Positions 48,871 to 58,668 of a stretch of DNA of 64,000 nt are shown in pieces. Below the pieces are notes generated by a model. The model was not told the DNA's origin. It did no database searches and saw nothing but the letters and a program-made list of their open reading frames with translations. This DNA comes from Rhizodiscina lignyota (lineage: Eukaryota), in contig ML978121.1 of NCBI GenBank assembly GCA_010015805.1, positions 2,170,001 through 2,234,000 on the forward strand, read 5' to 3'. Position numbers and translations under genes: made by a program. The number at the start of each line of letters is the position of its first letter. The first letter of the stretch is position 1.

Positions 48871-51086
48871 CGTGCTGGAATCATTCCACAGACAGCTCCA
48901 GCCACATTTTGACTCCTTCCTTAGAATATATTTACATATATAGATTTCGGTGTCCAGCATCTCAGCATCTTGTCTGAAAGCGCATAGCCCAGCATGTGTA
49001 TGACACGACAGCATTCCATATGACTTTGACCAGGAATGCATATCATCGGATGAATCAGCTTAAATAGATAGAATGTTAATTTCTGCAGCTCTTCTTAAAG
49101 TCTTTGGCTCAGCAGGAAAATACATATACGAGATTAAACCGAGAAATAAACTAAACTTAAAATATTTCGAAGAAAAACATCTAATAAGGCAACATAATTA
49201 ATGGTGAGGATTCTACGATCTTCTTAACAACTTAACGCTCATTTGAGCAAGGTTTGATGCACAGGCGAGACTCTTTCTACGACCAAGTGCCATCCAGGAA
49301 CACAAGCATTGCTGGCCCAGGCCAGCGCGTTGCCCGTGCGCAACGTTAAACCTAAAAGGCTCTAGCGGTAGAAGCCTCTGATGAAATGAGATAGGGAAAA
49401 TGGCACTTGGCACGAAAGACGGCCGACAACGTTCGTCGTCTCCTGCGTACCCAATAGTACCCATATCGACGCTCACACAACTCTAATACGGCCAAAGTGC
49501 ACTGATTCCAATGCCGTTACACCGCAAATTTCGTTGACTTCATTTTGAAGGTCATCTCGGTTGATGTGCGAACAAGATAACTGAGCACACTGACCGCCTT
49601 TCCCATCACCGTCTAACGTATGCCGACTCTCTTCGGATCTAGACCATCGTCTCTTCAACCGGTTCCTCTTTCTCTTGCAGCTCATTCATTTAGTCCTACA
49701 AATTGCATCCTCATCTCGCTCGGACCTCTGCAACCTCTGCATTGCCCATTCCCGCGATGCGTATGACGAAGGATCTACTGCTTTTGTTCGAAGGGGTCGA
49801 TTACCAGGTACTGAGGCACATGGTAGGCTCTGTATTCCGCTCGGGTCAATGCTTCCTAGTTAACTGGATAGCTATAAAGGTTAGCTACAGCTTTTATGAT
49901 ACCAGACAGCTGAAGGACATAGCTGAAATGAATAGCCTCTACATTAAACAGCGTATAAGTTTTATAATGGTGAGTTAATATTACATACACTCTAAGGAGT
50001 ATAGAACTGAGCACTAAGATATAGTTTCAAGGTCTGAAAGCCGCTCGCACTTACATATAACATCTTCACTTCCAGCCTGATGAGGTGCAACGAACAATCT
50101 CTCCATGTGTCGTTTCTGAAAAATCGAGTATCCATTCCCACGCCGCTCGTAGCCCTTTGATGGTCTTGTTCGGATGATGGGAACCATCCGCGGCTAAGTA
50201 TGTTGGTGATACGAACGACGTTTTGGCCGAGCTTCTCAACTGGAATACGAGGGAGATGTTTCGAAAGGAGAGGTAATAATATGAGATCCCTGTCCGCAAG
50301 AACGTAAAATGCTCGCCCGAGCTTTTCTCTAGCAATAGCCTTGCCCTGAAATTGACATCCTCGGCGCGACCCGTCCGAAAACTGGGAAAGTTGGAGGGTC
50401 GTGTTTCTGAGAAGGGGCCGCAACCTATTGCATTAAGTAAGAGTAATCTTCATTTATCTGCTCCGGTAAGCAAGATTCCTTAGTATTTCATTTTCAACCC
50501 GAATTTTCAATCTTGACAAGCAATTTCTATTCGTGCGTTGAAGAGCTGCGCCGACGAAGTAGGACGTAGAGGGGGATAGCGTAGGTAGCTGAACGCGTGG
50601 TAATCGGATCAACTGCAAAGGTTCTGTTCTTGGGCAAATAAGAGCTGCTCATGGCGCCGATGGAGATATTGTCATGCCATTTGGTAGCTTGGCAGTGTTC
50701 TCAGCGGGCAACTGCTCAGCGTTCATTGGGAGGTCAGTCGACCAAAGAGGAATGGCCCGTGGTAGGTCTTGGCAAACTTCCCATGGAGTAAACCTCACGC
50801 ACGACGCGAAATCTGTCTTCCTCACCACCACCACACACTCTCCACGACTGTGTCCTGCTTCGTCTGCGCCAGTGGTCTCTTTTGTTCGCGCTTCGGTCTT
50901 GTAGCCTCTGCAGAGGCTGCAAGGCTCTCAATCTTCGTAACCTCTGCCTCCTTCGGGAGAGGCAGTTGGTTTTGTGTTTTTTGAAAAATCCTGTCCTCGA
51001 GTCAGGTGGGCGCACTCGAAAAGAGTGCGTTTCGCGGAGAATCCCATAGGGATCCTTCGTGTCTTCTTTTTTTTTTTTTTTGAAAA

Positions 51087-54000
51087 ATGTCTCATACACA
51101 TTCTTCTTCTGGCCCGAAGAGCCAAAATGGGAACGCCTTCGGCGCCCTCTCCGAGGAGGAAGTCAGCACATCGCTGAACAAGATTGATATCAGCTCCACC
51201 GCGCCTGACCCCGACGACGACGCCATAATGGAAGAGGGTGAGATCCTCGACGAGCCCTCCGTCGATAACGACGACTACTCCTCCTCCTCCTCCGGCTTCG
51301 ACTTCGACTACGACGATGACGACCTTGGGGAAGTCCCATACAACTTCAACTTCGACGTTGAAAGCACTGAGTCTTTCGTCGGCTCCTTCCCGATTGCGGC
51401 CCTCGAGCCAAAGTACTGGGCAGCATTTGAGAAGGCTGGTTCGGCATATGTCACGGATGAAGCCATAGACGAGCGCGAGTTTAAGTTCAGCGCCGTACAC
51501 GGTAGAAAGAACAACTCAAAGCACGAGACGTGGGACAAGCCGACCTTCGAAATGAACACTTCCCAGGGCGACAAGAAGAAGAAGAAGAAGAAGAAGACCA
51601 AGAAGCTCACACGGCTCGATTCTAAGCGCGCCTGTAAGATCCATATTGACAGTGCTCCAGACCAGCTATTCGGCACAACATTCCACAACGCACTTAGGTC
51701 GGGCACGAAACCCAGTTCTACCGTAAAGACAGGCGATAAGCGCTCCGTTGATGCCGAAGACCAAGATGAGTCGAGCAAGAGCCAAAAAACTGCCGCTGGA
51801 ACTTTGAGGGGCCCCCAAGGCGACAACAATTCTCCCCCGGTAATTCCCATCAGGGTGACTTATGGCACCCAGTCACAATTCCCGTCTGTGTCTTTGACAT
51901 TTGGGCTGGAAGATGGCCGGGAGGTTACTTGGATCACCTTTGCGCACTCATTTAATCGGTGCGAGAACAAGCGTGTTGATCTCGACATGTACCACAACGC
52001 ATCGCTTCGTGACAGGGAGTCTATGGAGGAGCTTTTCGAGGAGTTCATGCCGGGGTTACTTGACCAAGAGAAGGATCTCAGGGGCTGTTGGGATAAGCAC
52101 GGTCTTGCGATGACCAGGCTAACGATGAGCGATAGCACCCCTGAGCAACTCCAGACTCGGAGCAAGAAACCACACTGGATCGGCCTCAGCCAGTCTGAAC
52201 TCGAGGAGATCCTCAGCAACGCGAATACGGACGCTCGTAGTCTTGTCGTTCTCCTAGACCTAGCTACGAGCATTTCCATCTTCACATTCGTGCCTCCGTA
52301 TCAGATGACGAAGGGGCCACAGAAGGGCAACTGGGTGGTTCATCAGAAATACACCGAGTTCAAGCAATACTTCATGGCTGCTGCGGAATTGACAAGCCGA
52401 TTTGGCCTATGCTGGTACTACCGCATTGAAGGAGTCAAAGCGCATACTGCAAGGGGTGGAGAGGCCGCATTTTCAATGGACGATGCACTTGCCCATCCTC
52501 TATATCGGTACAGGGATGTGCTTCCTCCTCGCTGGCTCGCCTACCAGTTCAACGTCTATTCGGGCAATTCAGGGCAGGATACTTTTATCCTGCCCACTGA
52601 CTGGGCTGCTTTCGACCTTCCTCCGGTGTTCCCAAACGCAGAGACTGCTGCATTCTTCTACATACTCTCGATTGAGCGCGATAGAGATTACGAGAGACTC
52701 CGCCTTGAATACCTTAGTCAGGCCGCGGCAGAACAGCCAACGAATGCGATATTCTTGCAGCACCCCGAACTTCCCCACTTGTGGGAAATTCGCATCGACT
52801 TTGTCGGCGAGCCCACCACTGGAACGGAGGTCAAGCACACAGACCGACCAATTCGACCCGACAACAACGCCAGAGTCAGAGTGACATGGACTTCTCGCAG
52901 CACAGGCAAAACCACCCGCAACAGCTTCACGGGAACTGTAATGGACACCAACATTGGCGGCGACGGCGACGTCGTGGTAGCTGCATATGGATATCATCCA
53001 AACTTCAAACCCCTGGAAACCGATGGCAGCCCCAGGGTCCTGCCTGTTGAGGTGGTCTGGACCAACGATCCCACTTCCAGCAATCGCCTTGTCAACGCTA
53101 TTGGTAATATACTCAAGGGTCAAAAGCGAATTGAAGGCATCGATATCCCAAACCTCGTGCTCTTCAACGAGCCTACTGCACCCAACCAGAAAAATGTGGG
53201 ATATACGATGCCCAATATCAGGAAGATCAAGTTCCGATCGGCTGTCAAGAAATGGAAACTCAATCCCCTGCAACAAACCGCTGCCGAGTTCCCGGTCGCA
53301 TACAGTAACCACCAGAACCTGACAACCATCTGGGGGCCACCTGGCACTGGCAAGACGAACACGGCTGCAGCGATCGTAGCTGGCAATATTACAATAGGCC
53401 AGAAGACCATTGTCTGCGCTCCAAGCAATGCCGTTGTTGATGAGGCCTGCCGCAAGCTCATCGTCTATGCAGACTCACAATCCTCGTCCTCGACTGACAA
53501 GATCGACAAGAGTAGGATTCTACGCTTCAAGGGTGCAGCGGTAAAGGATTCTAGTCACCTTAAACTGAGTGATGCTGAGAAAGCCCTTAAAGACATGGAT
53601 GTTGAGTTGCTTCTCGAGGCTTATAATGCTCACTGGGATCTGGTGGAGAAGCAAATGGGAATTCGAGAGCCCCACAAAGACTTGGCTTTCAACGTCCAGA
53701 GGGATAGATGGATCAGCATGATAAATGCTGAACCCGAGTCGAAGAACAATGATCATCGCAAGGTCCAGCAGGACGTCAAGCTGCTCGGCAAGCTAAAGCA
53801 GCAGAGAGACGACCAGGACCGGTTCAAGAAGCTCTCGAAAGACGAAAAGGGCGCTCTAAAGGGTGAAATTGCCAAATACAACGAGCTGGTCAACAAACAC
53901 TTTCTCAACGAACACGTTGATGTCGTCTACGTTACCTGCAGCTCGTCGGCGCATCAGGTTCTCGAGAACTTCAAGGTAGCTCACCTCATCGTCGAAGATG

Positions 54001-55136
54001 CAGGTCTCGGCAACGTCGGCGACATTGCCACACCGCTAGCGGCTCACAAGGAGAATATCAAGTCAGTGTCGATGAGCGGTGACAACTTACAGAATAAACC
54101 GCTCTTCAACTCTAGGGGCCATAACGAGGCGGGCAATGTGTTAACGACATCCTTCTTTGAGAAGATAGTCAATGACCCGTTCCACAGGTTCCCCGTGCAC
54201 AGACTCCAGGAACAATACAGGATGCATCCTGAAATCTCTGAGTTCGTGAATAAGGCTGTGTACGCTGGACAGCTAAAGGACACTGATACGGTGATGCGGC
54301 CACATCCGATCGACGAGACCTTCAGAACGGCAAACGGCGTCTTTGCACCACGCTTCACCAAGACCTGCAGTTTCGCTGTCGACACATCTGGCGACAATGT
54401 CAAAGCAGAGAAGTACAAGGATAGCACGTCATGGTGTAATGAGATCGAGGCGGACCGCGTCGTCCAGTACGCACAGTTTCTTCTGCAAGCGCTACCACCC
54501 CCAGGCAGTCGGCAAATCACACCGGAAGATATTGGCATAATTACACCATATACTGGGCAGGCGTATATGATCCAGAAGATGCTCAGCGAGCGGCAGGTTC
54601 CCGTGTGCGTCTACATCGCGGATCCGCATCAGCCTGGCAGTCTCGTCAAGTCTGTGGCAGAGGATCCCACACTTCCTGGCAAAGTTGTAGACCAAACGCG
54701 AGACGTGAACCTGGGCGATATACAGTCCCTTACTACGACCAGGGTCCAGGGTAGCGAATTCACTATCGCCCTTATAAGCCTCGTCATGAAGCAATCAGGG
54801 CCGATAGCCTACCGAAACAACTTCCACCTAGGCTGGATTATGCAATCGAACCAACTATGTGTCGAGTTTAGCCGCGCAAAGAGGGCACAGGTTGTCTTTG
54901 GTGATTTCCGGCATTGGGTGTACGCGACGCTGAATGAAGGTTCTGCCCCAAACAAGCAAATCACGCGCTATCGCAAGCATCGAGTCTTCAAGCAGATGAT
55001 CGCCCACTACTGGACGAAGCACTTAATTGTCTCGAGCGACGAGTGGGACAAGAGCTGGACCGGTCAGCCGGCGGTTACCTTTGAGTCTATCATTGATACA
55101 ATGCCACCGATGACCAAACGGAAGGGGAGGCGATAA
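51087..55136 (+). CDS. Intronless superfamily-1B (Upf1/Sen1-like) helicase-family protein, 1349 aa
   Basis: LNPLQ (Q motif), WGPPGTGKT, CAPSNAVVD, IVEDAG, GDNLQ.P, QYRMHPEI, GIITPY.GQ, VQGSE, SRAK. Confidence 0.88.
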   Translation: MSHTHSSSGPKSQNGNAFGALSEEEVSTSLNKIDISSTAPDPDDDAIMEEGEILDEPSVDNDDYSSSSSGFDFDYDDDDLGEVPYNFNFDVESTESFVGSFPIAALEPKYWAAFEKAGSAYVTDEAIDEREFKFSAVHGRKNNSKHETWDKPTFEMNTSQGDKKKKKKKKTKKLTRLDSKRACKIHIDSAPDQLFGTTFHNALRSGTKPSSTVKTGDKRSVDAEDQDESSKSQKTAAGTLRGPQGDNNSPPVIPIRVTYGTQSQFPSVSLTFGLEDGREVTWITFAHSFNRCENKRVDLDMYHNASLRDRESMEELFEEFMPGLLDQEKDLRGCWDKHGLAMTRLTMSDSTPEQLQTRSKKPHWIGLSQSELEEILSNANTDARSLVVLLDLATSISIFTFVPPYQMTKGPQKGNWVVHQKYTEFKQYFMAAAELTSRFGLCWYYRIEGVKAHTARGGEAAFSMDDALAHPLYRYRDVLPPRWLAYQFNVYSGNSGQDTFILPTDWAAFDLPPVFPNAETAAFFYILSIERDRDYERLRLEYLSQAAAEQPTNAIFLQHPELPHLWEIRIDFVGEPTTGTEVKHTDRPIRPDNNARVRVTWTSRSTGKTTRNSFTGTVMDTNIGGDGDVVVAAYGYHPNFKPLETDGSPRVLPVEVVWTNDPTSSNRLVNAIGNILKGQKRIEGIDIPNLVLFNEPTAPNQKNVGYTMPNIRKIKFRSAVKKWKLNPLQQTAAEFPVAYSNHQNLTTIWGPPGTGKTNTAAAIVAGNITIGQKTIVCAPSNAVVDEACRKLIVYADSQSSSSTDKIDKSRILRFKGAAVKDSSHLKLSDAEKALKDMDVELLLEAYNAHWDLVEKQMGIREPHKDLAFNVQRDRWISMINAEPESKNNDHRKVQQDVKLLGKLKQQRDDQDRFKKLSKDEKGALKGEIAKYNELVNKHFLNEHVDVVYVTCSSSAHQVLENFKVAHLIVEDAGLGNVGDIATPLAAHKENIKSVSMSGDNLQNKPLFNSRGHNEAGNVLTTSFFEKIVNDPFHRFPVHRLQEQYRMHPEISEFVNKAVYAGQLKDTDTVMRPHPIDETFRTANGVFAPRFTKTCSFAVDTSGDNVKAEKYKDSTSWCNEIEADRVVQYAQFLLQALPPPGSRQITPEDIGIITPYTGQAYMIQKMLSERQVPVCVYIADPHQPGSLVKSVAEDPTLPGKVVDQTRDVNLGDIQSLTTTRVQGSEFTIALISLVMKQSGPIAYRNNFHLGWIMQSNQLCVEFSRAKRAQVVFGDFRHWVYATLNEGSAPNKQITRYRKHRVFKQMIAHYWTKHLIVSSDEWDKSWTGQPAVTFESIIDTMPPMTKRKGRR
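51573..51596 (+). repeat. (AAG)8 coding microsatellite (poly-Lys)
   Basis: Read directly; encodes K8 in the helicase N-terminal region. Confidence 0.95.
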
Positions 55137-55188
55137 GCAATCGCCAGGAGGTTGTCAAGGAGAAGCCTACGTCACAGAGGCAGCAGAA

Positions 55189-55218
55189 GGAGGCCAGGAA
55201 GGCCAGGAAGGCCAGGAA
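55189..55218 (+). repeat. 9-bp tandem repeat AGGCCAGGA, about three copies
   Basis: ggaggccaggaaggccaggaaggccaggaag just downstream of the helicase stop codon. Confidence 0.85.
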
Positions 55219-55699
55219 GAGGCTGCAGAAAAGGAGAAGAAGAGCCCGGGGCCGGAGCCGAGGTACGAGGGGCCACAGAAGTAAACTCTTGCGAATTGGC
55301 GACAGAGCATTGCGTTTCGGAGGGTGTCCGCGTGAATAACCCTGTCCGCTTTTCAGCGAGTATATGGGGTCTTCGCCGGCAGCGGGTCAACATCAAGGGA
55401 AGCGAAGACGCGTGGGTAGCTGCCTGTTCGAAAATTTGTTTTCGAGCATATTGGTCTTGAGGGGGCCATACAACTTCCTCTCTGCGAGCCATTTGTCGAG
55501 CGGTTGCCATCAAATATTCTATTGTAGATGGCCTGGACTGTTCTCGCGCCTAAATATTCCAAACGTATTGTCGACTCTACCTGGATGCCGAGCTCAAGAA
55601 CAGCCACAGCATAGCGCAGGCCAGTTTCATATCGGAGGCTACCAAACCAATCATGGGCGGAGTTGATGGTGTAAAGGCTCAAACGAGTTCATTGATGCC

Positions 55700-58540
55700 T
55701 ATGCGGCAGTAACTGAGATATCCCGACTCGGGAATGACAGTGGCCTGCGTACTGGATTATCGTCGCCATTGAGTCGGATTAGAGATCTATCCCCTTCTAC
55801 CAACTGCTGCCAAGGTACGCAGCCTCCCATCTTAAGTAAATGACAGTGTCACTAACTTGACTTCAGCGCACATGGAAGGCAGAACACCTCAATGTTACCA
55901 AAATTACTGATCCGCTCGTGATAAGCGACAGTATCGTTGCATCATGACGAATGGAATCTCATCACCCAAAAAAAGACAAACTCGACAGGCAATCTGCGAG
56001 CATCACACATCTCGCTACCGTACAACGTCGCTTTCGAATTTTCAATACTGGACACGAAGTAGGACCATCAGCTGAGATCGGCGGCAACAAACTTTCCTCT
56101 CAAGATGGAACCCAAGAGATATAACAACAACAGCGACAACTCTGGCGGAAAAAGCACAAAATGGCAACTGCCTCAAAAGTCAATTCGAATTATGGACGAT
56201 AGAGTCAAAGCCCAACGCCGAAGGAGTCGATAGCGGTCCTCAGACACGAGACTGCTTCTCATTGTGAAGTATGCAAAGGTAAGGCTATCACTGGGTCATG
56301 CTTCAAGTTGATGTACGCAATATACTCACTCTACTTCATAGATTCTGGTTGTGACTGTATTCTGAAAACGGCACATCAGCTTTGAGTGCACCACTGGCCT
56401 GTTCTCCACAATGCACGATCTATGCGAATCTCTAGAAAGTCACCATCTAGCCACCTATGCCTTTGAATTCTATGTCTACGGCTACGAACGATATGTATAT
56501 AATACTTTCAGCAGCGACACCCAGATCCGGACAACGGGCGACTGAAATCAACCCTCATTGCACCGAAATGGCAGGCAACCTCACGGGCTACACTATCACC
56601 CACATCATTCAGTGACATCGACGTTGTCTTCCCACAAGAAACCAGATATCATTAGTCAGGGTCAAATCTGAGGAGCAGGAGAACTTTTGGAGAAAGGACA
56701 GGAAACGAAAAATAAGGAAAAGGAGAGCGAGAAGAGCAACATGGAATTGTCAACAAATGAAAACAAAGGGAATGGGGTGCAAAATGAAGATGTTGAGGGG
56801 AGGATACAAAAGGGAAGCACGGAAATCGATACTATGGATGAGGAGAAATGGATCAACTCGATGGTGGAAAGGCAGGATGTTGTCGTTGAGGCATTTGGGT
56901 GCAACCTCCTGCAGCGGAGCAAGACAGATGGGAAACGAAGAACAGGAAATGGAAACACCAAGAAGGAAAAAGCAAAAAGGACAAGCAAAAAGACAAAGGC
57001 GGGAAGGCAGAAATTAGCACAAAGTGAGGAAAATGAAAATTGCAGACCAAAAAAATAAGGTCGGTCGGTCGAAGGGCACAAAGACAACAGATGGAAAACG
57101 GAACCGCCGAATCCCAACAGAAGCACGACAAATTCATGGAAAGGACGCTGAATAGGCTCTACTGGGATGCGAGGTGACTCTGCGAATATTTTTGGAACGA
57201 GCTACAGGAATGAGAAGTTGCAATGGTAGGAAGATGCAATGTTCTCTGTTCAACCTTTGGGCTAACAGTATCTTGCAGCTGCTCCCAAGATTCATCTCGA
57301 CATTCGTACATCATCAATGACGACCACGGTCGACGAGCGCTTGATCGAATTGACGTCCGGCCAGTCGAGGCATTAAAATACTGTCGAGTGCCGATAAACC
57401 ACAACTCGCCGAACAGCAACTCATTATTCAAGTCAACTTCATCAAAGCCTGAGAACTGCCTCAAACTGGCTCGTCCCTGTCGTAAGGTGGCTCAGACGCG
57501 AGACAAAGACACGCATGCAACAATCACAATCGATATCCGAAGAACTTCAGCGAGCCTGCGTTGAAATAACATCGTCAGCTAGCACGGTCTCGAATGTTTC
57601 CGTGCGCGCCTTCGGCGTGAACACATAATTGCCGAATCCAATTTGAAAGTTTCGCTACAGTACAATGGTACGTTTATCTTCCTTTTTACAGTTTGACGGA
57701 TCATATGCTGATGCAAAATACCATGGCAGACTCCTCCAATTGTGTTGTTCCATCGTTCTCTCCTTTTTCGAATCGGATAAGCCGACTGTCGCAGAACAAT
57801 AACGACAGTTGGCTCACACTCCTGCGACAGCTCCACCATTTAGTTGGACGCAGTATAATATATTGCGAGCATTCGACGGGTAGGCGAAACGTTTGAGAGT
57901 CATGCGATCCTCTCGCACAATCATCTACGACTCCGCCTACACATCCGCAAACACGACCTCGATCTCCATTCACGATGAGGGGACCGGGATGGGCCATGAA
58001 TGGATCAAAAATGACGAGTGAACATGTTCAGCACCGCATAACTGCACATCGAACGATTCAAATTCGAGCTACGCCCACTTTCTCAAGTGAGGTACGATCA
58101 CGATACTAAGAAGCTTCGGAGAGCACTGCGAGTATAGCATTTACTACTCACGCCCCGATAGCGTACAGTATCATGCGACCATGATCCATCTCCGATAGAC
58201 CCCAGGACAATTCAAGTCACCGAATTGAAGATCTCAGCGGCCTTCCATCGCAAGTGAGGTTGGGATACCGATATGGCGGACAGGACTTTGACGAACAAAA
58301 AAGACCAAAAGGATGATCCCTCCGTACCCCTGTTTTGACTAGAACTTCAATGGGATTGGGGAGGATGACGGAACGTCGACGTTCTGAGGCATGGTTCTCG
58401 GAGGGAGGACAGGGTAGAGCAGGTGATGTCGGTTGCTTGGAGCAGGGCTACTACTTCTGGAGGCAAGCACATTCGATGGGTGAAGCAAGAGGCGGGTACC
58501 ATACGGTCGAAGCGAGTTACGAATTAGAGTGGTGTTAGGA
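55700..58540 (+). pseudogene. Large degenerate multi-intron gene of unknown family
   Basis: Four intron-like GT...branch...AG segments near 55815-55866, 56279-56341, 57225-57278 and 57667-57729 separate frames riddled with stops. A Lys/Glu-rich ORF lies at 56687-57058. Ends are uncertain. Confidence 0.5.
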
Positions 58541-58668
58541 CTTTGGCATTAGCTCTTGAGCCTAGAGAGATTTTACATGCATTCAGACTTTCACGGAGAC
58601 AGGCATGAGCCGACTAGACCATTCATCCTTGAAAGCTAAAGAACAAAGTCATTCATGAATACCGAAAC

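Noticed and set aside
50566..55800. 14-bp imperfect inverted repeat (GTAGAGGGGGATAG 50566-50579 / CTATCCCCTTCTAC 55787-55800) around the helicase as possible TIRs
   Set aside because: 13/14 match only, no target-site duplication, no transposase, and the right copy seems to lie in an exon of the degenerate gene. Chance cannot be excluded.
56662..57126. Hydrophobic Phe/Leu-rich 154-aa minus-strand ORF resembling a membrane protein
   Set aside because: Reverse complement of a purine-rich Lys/Glu-coding tract.
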